Source: Selaginella moellendorffii
Taxonomy: Eukaryota > Plantae > Lycopodiophyta
Assembly: GCF_000143415.4 (NCBI RefSeq)
Contig: NW_003314265.1
Location: 3,277,383 to 3,341,382 of the forward strand
DNA length: 64,000 nucleotides
Reading direction: 5' to 3'
Within the stretch, counting starts at the first letter, position 1; every line of letters begins with the position of its first letter. A program made the position numbers and the translations under genes. This document shows, piece after piece, positions 47,853 to 58,070 of this stretch. The notes under the pieces are model-generated. The model was not told the origin of the DNA. It did no database searches and was given only the letters and a program-made list of their open reading frames with translations.

Positions 47853-48811
47853 TTAAATCTCACTGCTTGTTAATTTCCCCATACAAGCAGTTGGTATTGT
47901 GGGAGGGGTGCCTGGCTCCGGAGGAATTGGAACAGGATCCGGGATGGGATCTTTTGATCCTGGAGGAATCGGTGGGGTTTGGGGTGGAGGAGTAGGCATT
48001 GGAGCCCCAGGCGGTGGAATAGGAGGCGTTGAAGGTGTTGGAAAAGGTGGTGGATTCCCGGGTGGTGTAATGGGAGGAGTGTTTGGAGGGATGATGGGAG
48101 GAGCCCTGGTTGAGGCCACCGTGACTCCACTTAACACACCACTTAGCATAAACTCTGGCGGGCTTGACAGAGGCGTGATCTCTGGCTGTGCCGGGCCAGA
48201 GGGGAACTCTTGTGGGACTTGGGGAATTGGGGACTCACCTGGGATGGAATCTGGGGGGAGCTCCGTGGGTATGGAGGGAATATCCCCCGGTGGGGTGAAG
48301 TCTGGTGGAGGTACTTCAAGGGGCGGTGTGACAATGCCCGGTGCTTCTGGCGTGCCTGGGATTTCCGCCGGGGAAATGGTCGGCGAGATTTCGGGCTGGA
48401 TCGACGGTGGAAATGTGGGCGTCGGGGGTGGCAGATTCGGATCCGGAATGCTGGGCTCTGGCGATGCCAAGAACACTTGTTGGACCAGAGAAAAACCTGA
48501 GAACAGAATTGGATTCGAAGAGAACAATGTTAATGCTGACCTTGAATTGAAGCTTCTAGTGGCCGCGACGCCACAGCTCTGATGAAGTGATGATCGGCCA
48601 GAGGAAGAGCGCTCGTCGCAGAGATTTGAAGCGCTAGGGCAGCGGAACCCACAAGAACGCGCAGCCTGGAATGATCTTGCTTACCGATACACGCAGCGCC
48701 GGCACTGGAATTGGCGAGGCTAGATCTTTTGTCGCAGCTGCTCGGGATGAATCGAGTTGCTGTAGGTGAAGCTTGCGAGGAGAGAAGCACTGTGTTCTTC
48801 AACGCACCCAT
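47853..48811 (-). CDS. Two-exon proline-rich protein with possible organellar targeting N-terminus
   Basis: Exon 1 48811-48541 (Ser/Ala/Arg-rich, then a hydrophobic stretch); 44-nt GT-AG intron 48540-48497 restores frame; exon 2 encodes PEI/PPI/PTP repeats. Confidence 0.7.
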
Positions 48812-51800
48812 TGGATCTTCTCCTTTTTGGACGGCCGGGCAACATATCCTTTTACGCTTTTGAAATGCACACGCCAAGTGTCTGGACACGTGGTAAGTAG
48901 ATAGCTCACTTCCTTGATTACACAAAGTATTTTAAAAATTCTGTAGAAGGATGGCGCGCGAGTACGTGTCCAAAGGCGATGCACTCTCCAGGTGAAATTT
49001 CCATTCCAGCTCACCCTGCGTTTTTCCTGTAAGTATTTATAAAAATACCATTCTTTGTATAAGCTGTGTTGTGTAGACGCTTAAAGTTAAATTCTCAAAC
49101 TATGCTTCCATAGTTCTACTATAAATAAGTTCACTGTTTTCCATAGTGAGTTTAAGAGTGGACCATTTGCCCCTTACTCAAATTTTTTCTTTTGTGTTTT
49201 TCTATGCTAATATCATTTGCATCTTGTCAAATAGCTGTAAGAGCAGGTTCTTGATAGGATCAACAGTCACACAACATTGATAACACTACAAGGTGAACAT
49301 CTTAAGTTGAACTTCTTCTCAATTCTTCCACTTTACATTCATATACACTATAAAAAAAGTTTGCAATAAATATATGTGTTTAATACTTGGAAATGGCAAT
49401 CTCCAACCTCATTTCAAGGATTGTCCTTTCACGAGCTTAAAATGATTCATCCATGAGAGTAATGTAAGCACATATAATACAGGAGCAATATACAATATTT
49501 GTTAATCTTGCTTTATTAACCAAACCAAGCTTGCCAGTCTGATTCTCAAGTAAAATTTTGAGGAACTAATATTTTAAAGTTATGCATAGTTATTTCTTCA
49601 AATATACTGTTATATTGTTATTAAAATATAATACGTTATTCCTTCAAAAATATAAATATAACTAGAAACATTTCCTAGTGGTCAAAATCATTTTTTTAAA
49701 ATCTTGGTATATTAAACATTTTATAATATCTAAGTAAATTTATATTTTAGCATGATAAAATACTCTGCAATTTGCTAATAGATCTTCACTTCTCTAACAA
49801 TTTAAAAATTTCTAATTATACTATGGCTATAACATTTAATTAACTTAAATTAAATAATATTCTAGATCATTGAAATATATTTAAAGTGTTAGTAATTAAT
49901 TTAGAATTTCCCTTTGAAAAACTGTAAGATTGATACTCAAAGATAATAAACCTTGAGTCTAAAAAAATTTAAAACACAATATTAATGACATTAATTTATT
50001 TATATTACAATTATTTTATAAACTAAAATGACATAATTTTTGAAATAAATTTTATTCAAATAAATGATATTTCATAAATAGTTGATAAGAGATAATTTAA
50101 ATTCAAGAATTTATATTAAATAAAATTTAATTTACACTTAAATTTAAATTAAATGATATAAAATGTTTTATTAATCAAATTGCTAGTATAAAATAATCTT
50201 TACTTGTAAGGAAATAATCATTATATGAATAGAAACTAAGGGGCACTATAATTTGTCCATGAAAGGCAAATTTTTTTGGCAATGCTTTGCTTTAGTGTTT
50301 GGGATTGTGTTTTTTGTTCTTATTTCTTCATTCTCTTTTAAATTTAGATTTGTATTAGCTTTTTGCAAGATCTAAAATTCTAATTATCATTGTGCTTAAA
50401 TTTGCTCTTTCTTTTGATCTTTATTACATTCTCTTCTTCTACCATACTATACCATCATTGATCAAGGAGTATATCATTTGAGGTTGCTAATGTTGCTTCA
50501 TTAGATCAAACTTTAGTGTTATGGGGTGTGATTATATTAGTGTTGCATTCATTTTTAGTGTCGTCTCAAATTTTATAAAATGTGATTACACAATTTGTGT
50601 TATTCTTAATGTTCCGCTATCTCCCATTGATATGAAGAGTGATCATGAGATCGATTGACAAGCTATGGATGATGTAGTTTGGTTTTTGAAGAATGTTTAA
50701 GGATTGAGTTTATATGGGAAAATAATGTTTAAGAACTCAAATTAATTTTGGATTGTGATGAGGAATTTGATTATTATGGAGATAACTTTGGAAGATGAGC
50801 TAGAGATTTTGTGGAGTAGGTATAAATCCTTCAATTTATCATCTGATTTTTTTTCTTTACCTTATACTCTTTTTTAACTTTTTTTTATTTCTTGACTTGA
50901 GCCATTTTCTCATGTTCTAAGTGTTTCTTCCTTATCTACAATATTTTTTCCTCCTAGCATGTTGATCATTTATGATTATTATGATTATTTTCTCAATCTA
51001 GTGTTAAGTTGAGTGTTTTCTATTTTTCTTATATTAATCTGGATGTTGAGTATGTGTATGAAGTTGAGAATCTTGCTTTTGTTTCATTAGCAAAGTCTTT
51101 AATTAATTCTAGTATTAAGTATTCCCATGTTTTAAAAGTTGAATCACTTTGGTTAGAATTTTGGGTTATATCCTCACTTATTAATGTTGTTAAGAGACTT
51201 TAATTTATTGTTATTATTGAGGAGTTTATGTATTTCCTTGAGAGTGTGGATGTTGTTATTGATTTTTTTATCTCAAACGTTGAGTTGTGTGTTAAAGAGG
51301 TTGAATAGTGTGAATCTTTTGCTTATATTGTGGTGGCCAAAATATTTTATGATAAAAAGTCCTCTATTTTCCAAACTTTGAGCACATGTCCTTCTTTTAT
51401 ATTATTAGTTATTGTAAATTCCTTTTTCCATGCACTTTTTCTTCTTCCACAATTGTTTTTCCTCAATTTTTCACATTTTATCCTTCTTGCTACTTTAAAC
51501 TTTTTTTTTTTCGGAGGATAGGTTAGGGGATGGACAAGAGTTTAACCCCGACAATGGAGTGAGGATGAGTGAATACAGTAGTGAAGCAAAGATAAATGAT
51601 ATAGATTATGGAGTGAGAACAAGTATAGTGAGTTTTAATGAAATATTCAACCTCAATGTAATAAAGCTAAACATAGATGGTAGAATAAAAAAAAACCCAA
51701 TAAGTCCAAATAAAGTTAGTGCTTTAAAACTTTTTTTCCTTTGAGAAGGGGATAAAAAGGACGTGGAGAATAAATTTGATCTCCTATATGTAATGTTAGA

Positions 51801-53074
51801 TAAAGTTGAAAAGGCAAATTCTACTTATGGTTATGAATCCAAGTTAATAGTGGTCTCAAAGGATTATCAACAAGAAGACTTAAACAAGGATGTATTATTT
51901 GTATTTCATAGATTAAAGTGTTTCTCAAAATCCTTTGCTTTGATTTAAAGTTATGACTTCAAAATTAATTTAAGCATTTGGCAATTGCATATGAAGTTAC
52001 AATTAGTTCATCAGGATTTTGTAGTTAATTAATGCTTATACCATAACTTTGGGTTTTATTTCAATCATGGTTATAAGCAATTGTTGGTGGTTTTGTGAGA
52101 GCTTCAAATTCTTATAATAATTTATAATCACTCAACAAAAACTCTAGATATTCCACATAACTTATTGCCATCACATTTTTCATTTTACAGAGGGGAGGAT
52201 GGTGTAAGGTTTGTAAATATATGTATATATATATATACCACTGAATCTAGTTCATCTATTTTTGTATATAAATAGGGTTTTAAAACTCAATTAATAAACT
52301 TATTCCTATATCTCAAGCACTTATATATTCAAATTTAATAGTAATATTTTTTAAAAAAATAGTAAGTTTTGGTTTTCTTAAGCAGTAGTGAATATATCTA
52401 GAGTATACATGGATATTCTGGGATATTTTAAATAGTTGTTATTCATTTAGATTAATTTATATATTTAGTTTATATTTATACCTAATATATTTTTGTAACC
52501 AGTATATTTTTTTGGTTTGCTTAAGCAAACCTGTGGGATGGTAATGGATATACCTAGAATATTCTTGGATATTCTAGGATATTCTACCATTTAATGGTTG
52601 TTATTCAATTAGACTAATCTTGTATTTATAATTTACAAACATATTTATAATTTATAAACTTGTTTAAACACTTTCTAGTATATCATTTTTTATTCTATCA
52701 TCAAATGGTTGATATGTAATAAGATTAATCTTGTGTTTATAAATTATAAACATGTTTATAATTATAAACTTTTATTTAATCAATTGGATTAATAAGTATA
52801 AATAAAACTATTATTAAGCAAACCAAGTGTTATTACATGCAGCATGTAACAAATTATTTATTCTACCATCTAATAAAAAGATTAATTTTAAACTTCCAAT
52901 TGATCAATAAATTTATTTAAGAATAAACACTATTACATTGAGTGCATGGAATATGGAAATGAAGTGGAAAAAAATAAAGAAATGTGCATTGGAATAGCCC
53001 AAAAACCAATGTATATGCATAAATGAGTAGTTATAAAATCCCATAACGCTAATATTAATAGCACGTTTTTATGT

Positions 53075-55417
53075 TTAAGACACAATAAAGCTAAGTTGCC
53101 TCTGTTGGTTAACATTCAAAATTTTATGAAGCTCCGAGACTAGAGACTTTCCAGGATTTACAAGAGAAAATGTCTTTGCCTCGTGCTCCAAAAACTTCCT
53201 CGCATCTTGCAGGCTTCCATTCACATAGAGCCCAAGCATGAGCTCTTTATAAGTAGTTAGTTTTGGTGTGTGATTCGCCACCTTCATGTACTCAAACAGG
53301 AGCATTGCAGCCTCCATCCTCTTGCTCGCACACAGAGCTCCAATGACTTGCGTATACGTGAGATCATCTGGCTCAATCCCGTGCTCCAGCATGGCTCGCA
53401 ATAGATTACAAGCCTCTTCAACTCGAGCAGCCGAGCAAAACGCCCCCACTAGAGCATTGCAAGCGATCACGTCTGGAAAGGAGCTGCCACTCGTCGCCAT
53501 CATCTCGAGCAGCTTACAAGCTTCGTCTACCATTCCAACGTTGCACAATGCACGGAGGAAACTTGTGTAAGTCACTACATCCGCCCCTATACCTTGTTCT
53601 TCCATAGCTTTCGCCATTTGGAGCGCCTCTTCAATCCTGTTCTCTTGACAGAAGGCATCGATGACGTTGTTGTAAATCACCAATGTCGGCTTGCAAACTT
53701 CCCCACCTAAAGCTTGGCCGGAATGCTTCCGTCCATGGCTCATATCTTCGAGTAGGAGCACAGCCTCTTCAATCTTCCCAGCCTTGCACAGGCAATTCAT
53801 CAGCCTACTGTAGAGATAAATGCTTCCCGGACAGTTTCTCTGTCTTGCTAGCTCGAAAACCACGAGCGCGATATCCCAGAGCTCTAAGTTGCATAGCGGA
53901 TCGATGATACTTGAGTAAGTTATCTCATCTGGCTCCAAACCAGCGTCAAGTGAGGCCTTGAGGATGATAATTGCTTCGTCGAACTTGAGAGCTTTGCAAA
54001 ACCCGTTGATCAAGCACCCGAAAGTGACAACGTCCGGAGAGCTTTCAGAGTCTTTCATCCGACTGTAGATCACCAACGCCTTGTCCAGCTCACCTCTTCT
54101 GCAAAAGCCGTCGATCATTCGGGTGTAAGTGACAGTATCCGGCATGCAGCAGTCGCTCTGCTCCATTGCCTCTAAAACTGCGGTGGCGTGGTCGATTCTT
54201 CCAAAACTTGTAATGGCGTCCACGACGCAGTGGTATGTATGTATATCCTCTGGAGCTCCATTCTCTCGCATGAGCACGAACACCTTTAGCACCTCTTCCA
54301 TCTCCGAGGCTCTACAAAACCCCTGGAGAAAGCTGTTGTACTCGAAGGTGCTGGGACGGAGATTCATCGCTTGGAAGAGCTCGAAGTAATCACTGACAGA
54401 GAATCCTCGGGCTGCCTCTGGAAACGAAATCTCTGGCGAGTAACAGATGCTCAAGCCTCTTTGAGCCAGTTCGCGAACAACCTGAGAAGCTCTAGAGAAC
54501 TGGCCCGTCCTGACGACCCCGCAAACTATCGAGCAGCAAAGAAAGTTACCATCGGCAAAAACAGCCCCCATCCTGTCGAAGAGCTTCACTGCAATGTCTT
54601 CCTTCCCAGCCTTGCAAAGACTCTCGGCCAGCTTCACAAAAGTCTTGGCACTCACTCGCACGCCCGCATTGACCAGCCTGCCTAAAAACCAAGCTCCTTT
54701 GTCCACTGCAAATCCTTTGCAGTAAATCCTGACGAGCAAATCTGCCGTGGAGTCCTCTGGAACAAAGTTCTCTTGCTCAATCAGTTCCTCCACCATTTCA
54801 AACACCTCTTGAAACCTGTGCATCCTATCCAAAGCCTTGAACACGGAGTTATAGATCCGAGCTGGAAGTGTGAGTTCTCTCTTCCTGAGCTCACTGAGAA
54901 TCCCCTGAGCTCTATCCACCATCCCGGACTTTGCATAGCTCACCACTAGATCGGCCGCGGCTTCCAGATCTACGCTACATCCTCTATCCACCATCTCGCT
55001 TAAAACCGAGTCCAAATCCTCCATCCGACCGGCCGATGCCAAAACCGAGATGATCTGGTTGTAAGTTCTCGAGTCATGCTCATAGCGCTGTTGCCTTCCA
55101 GCCCACTTGAAAAAGAAGAATGCCGTGTCGGCATCTCGTCTCAAGATCTTGACGAGCTCGAAAACAAAGCACGGAGTCAATCTGTGAAAAAAAACCTTGG
55201 CCAAAGTATCATCTCCCTCTCCACTAGCCCTCAATTTCTTGAGCTGCGCAGCAGCGTCTGGAAGAAGAATCTGTGCTGGCGACTCGGCAAAGCTCTGCAA
55301 CGACAGATCCTCCCGGCGATCTGTCTGATAGAACGCGAGCACTGACCTTTGAGCAAGGAGCGCCGCCGTCGTCTGGAGCAAAATCTTCACTGGCGGCGCG
55401 ATAAGAATTCGGAACAT
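53075..55417 (-). CDS. P-class PPR protein
   Basis: Intronless ORF with many canonical P repeats (PDTVTYTRMIDGFCRRG, PDVVTFGCLINGFCK); first ATG at 55417. Confidence 0.93.
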   Translation of the reverse strand: MFRILIAPPVKILLQTTAALLAQRSVLAFYQTDRREDLSLQSFAESPAQILLPDAAAQLKKLRASGEGDDTLAKVFFHRLTPCFVFELVKILRRDADTAFFFFKWAGRQQRYEHDSRTYNQIISVLASAGRMEDLDSVLSEMVDRGCSVDLEAAADLVVSYAKSGMVDRAQGILSELRKRELTLPARIYNSVFKALDRMHRFQEVFEMVEELIEQENFVPEDSTADLLVRIYCKGFAVDKGAWFLGRLVNAGVRVSAKTFVKLAESLCKAGKEDIAVKLFDRMGAVFADGNFLCCSIVCGVVRTGQFSRASQVVRELAQRGLSICYSPEISFPEAARGFSVSDYFELFQAMNLRPSTFEYNSFLQGFCRASEMEEVLKVFVLMRENGAPEDIHTYHCVVDAITSFGRIDHATAVLEAMEQSDCCMPDTVTYTRMIDGFCRRGELDKALVIYSRMKDSESSPDVVTFGCLINGFCKALKFDEAIIILKASLDAGLEPDEITYSSIIDPLCNLELWDIALVVFELARQRNCPGSIYLYSRLMNCLCKAGKIEEAVLLLEDMSHGRKHSGQALGGEVCKPTLVIYNNVIDAFCQENRIEEALQMAKAMEEQGIGADVVTYTSFLRALCNVGMVDEACKLLEMMATSGSSFPDVIACNALVGAFCSAARVEEACNLLRAMLEHGIEPDDLTYTQVIGALCASKRMEAAMLLFEYMKVANHTPKLTTYKELMLGLYVNGSLQDARKFLEHEAKTFSLVNPGKSLVSELHKILNVNQQRQLSFIVS

Positions 55418-55660
55418 AGATCTCGCTTGCTGCTCCAATGTGGGCAAATCTGGCTGCTCCACAGCTCTCCGGATCCATAGGCATGACGGTCGCTCCTCCA
55501 AAATCCCTCGCGGACCCCTTCCTAGATTTTTGGAAACCTCGCTAGAATCATAGCTGCCCTAAACATGCACTAGCAATGCTGCCAAGTGGTCAGATCACAG
55601 CCGTCCGTTTTTCTCCCCAGTGCTAGGGTTTGTGAGTCTTCCTCTCTTGATCGAGCCAGG

Positions 55661-57914
55661 ATGTGGCACGAAGCTCGGCGATCCGAGAAGAAAGTCCATG
55701 ATATCATGGACGCTGCCCGCAAGCGCGCGGAGCGGCGGGCGGTGTTCTTCGCAAAGCGCCGGGGCGATCCGCAGCAACAGCTCAAGATCACGGGAACGCG
55801 ATGCCGGATGTACGTCGATCAGGCGATGTACCAGGCGACGCAGGATCAGCACGGCCTGTGAGATCTTTTTCTCTCATTTTTGGTCTGGATTGATGGAAAT
55901 TTCTCGTGGACAGGATCCCGTGGATCGGCAAGAAGGATAATCTGATTGATAGGTGAGATTATAGCTCAGATCTTTGTGTGATTCTCATGGCGGGATGTGT
56001 AGATTTGATGGGAGGGCACTCCTGGATTTCATCCGGGAGAGCGATAAGTCGAGGCGGCACGAGAAGACCGAAGAGGAGGAAGAGCTCGAGGAGCTGGTTA
56101 ACTTTGAGCGGTATCGGGACCTTATCAAGCGTCGTCGTCGAGGATGTCGGTATTTCTGTCCTTACTCGAATTGCTTCTTCTGCGTAACGACTGTTAGAGC
56201 TTCCAAAAAACTTCGATGATCAAGCGCTCATGCACTCTGGGGGTGTGTATTCCAGTCAGTGATGAGCAAGGGCTGCTGGATGTTGATCACGAAGACGAAA
56301 CGAAGACTGGCTCCTCTACATTGGACAGGTTTGTAAATTTTGTTCCTGTTCTTTTTCTTTCATTGTCTCTCTTTTTTTCCAGGGAGCGTGCTGGACAGGG
56401 TGTTTACGCACAAGTTGGATACTCATACGATGGAGGAGCCCGTGCTAGTGACGATGAAGATGCTGTCGAAGATGAAGAGGGCGATTTGGAAAGCAGCAGC
56501 GGTGATAGTGAGGACGAAGAAACTGACTGCATCGGTAGAGACCACGGTGTGCAGCGGTTCGGCTGGCTTACACACATGGATAAGAAAGTTAAAGCGGCAG
56601 AACGTCGGCAGAAAGAAGCTGCAAAGGGTGACACGGCTATGGTAAGAGTATTTTACTATTGCGAAGTTCTTAAAGGAATTGCTTGTTTTTGAAGAAGCTT
56701 AGCAGGAAAGAGAGGCGGAAAGCTTCACAGTACGAAAGAGATGCTGCACGTCGGTTTATCTCTAGCGATCCTTATAGGTGATTATCTGAAACTTGGTTCA
56801 AGTTTTCACGCTTTCCTTTTGCAGAGAGAGCGACTCGTACTCTTACAGAAAGCGCTCGAGAAGGTGAGCCATTCTGGTGACTCACTTTACTCGCTTCTGA
56901 CATTTATTTGTTACAGATCGAGGTCTCGGTCTCGTTCTCCTCGGTCAAGGCGGCATGGATACTCCGATAGAGCCCGCAAGTCCGACTCTTCGCGCGTGGG
57001 GAAGATTGAGTACATAACGGAGTTTGGAGGTGACAACGAAGCGGATGACAAGGGACGTAGCAGAGGATACTCTCCACCGCCATCGCCTCCTCCATGCCAA
57101 GTTGACACTAGTAGTCGGTCGGAGCACTGGCCCTGTGTCCTTGCAATGCTGCAGTTCTATCCTGGCCCCCAAGGCAGCTCTTGGGGTAGAGGGCTTACCA
57201 CTTTCGAGTTTTACTTTCTCTTTCCTCCTTGCATTTTCTGCTTGCGATTGATTGTATGAAAGCTGGTAGTTTTGCATTAGAGACGGACGTTCTCTATTCT
57301 TTACTAACATTACTTTTTCCTGCTAATAGGCCTGCTCCCGGTCGAATACTGGAAGCCTTGCACGGTGATCCAGCGACATCAGTCGGGGGTTCTCTGATTG
57401 CAGACGCGGAGAAGGGCTACAGAAAAGACCACAAAGTGACGCCTTTGAGCAGGTAAGGTGTGTGTTTGTTCCTTCTAAAGCTTTTCTTTCTCGGTGGTTC
57501 TCTTCCAGTACATCATCTGCTATTGCAAAGCTCAGTAAACCTCCAGCTGCTCCAAAGGCTCAGCAAGCAGAGAAGAAGGAAACTCCACAAGAGCGGCTAA
57601 AGAGAATAATGAGCAAGCAACTCAACAAACAAAGTAAGCTTTTCTATTCTTCCGTCCATACAATTGTGAACCGTTTTCCGCAGTTAAGAAAGACACTGTC
57701 TCGGAGATGCTAAAGAAGCGAGAGCAAGAGAGGCAAAGACAGGAAAAACTCGCAGAGACGCGAAGATTTAGAAGCCGAAGCCGCAGTAGCAGCCGGAGTC
57801 GCAGTAGGAGTCGATCACCATCAAGGCAAGTCCACAAACAAAAAATTCTTTTCCTCCATCTCTCCTGTGCTAAAGTTTTAGTTGCTGTGCTCCAGATACT
57901 ACGATCGCAGATAG
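55661..57914 (+). CDS. CLASRP: CLK4-associating serine/arginine-rich protein (SWAP/DRY_EERY N-terminal domain), multi-exon
   Basis: MWHEARRSEKKVHDIMDAARKRAERRA, IDRFDGRALLDFIR, ELVNFERYRDL, KIEYITEFG, KETPQERLKRIMSKQLNKQ and an RS tail, with short introns. The last exon is inferred through GC-AG intron 57826-57895. Confidence 0.88.
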
Positions 57915-57982
57915 TTTGTATAACAAACGAGACGTTAATAAAGTAAAGACACGACATTTCGTTAGTTTGGTATTTCTCGCAT

Positions 57983-57994
57983 TAGGGTTTAGGG
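57983..57994. promoter_or_regulatory. Telo-box-like motif (TAGGGTTTAGGG) upstream of the PPR; similar motifs at 55624 and 3307
   Basis: AAACCCTA on the minus strand within a short intergenic gap. Confidence 0.4.
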
Positions 57995-58070
57995 CGCTTG
58001 GTGTTCTTTGTTCCGCTCCCGGCAAGAGCACCTATGTTCCCTGAGGGAGGAGGCTGCCAGCGAGCCATTG

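Noticed and set aside
47899-48582. 227-aa Gly-rich plus-strand ORF
   Set aside because: Reverse-complement shadow of the Pro codons; the splice signals support the minus-strand gene.
49300-52300. Short ORFs in AT-rich DNA (also 14200-15800 and 62600-64000)
   Set aside because: Low complexity and no recognisable motifs; probably ancient TE debris that cannot be classified by eye.
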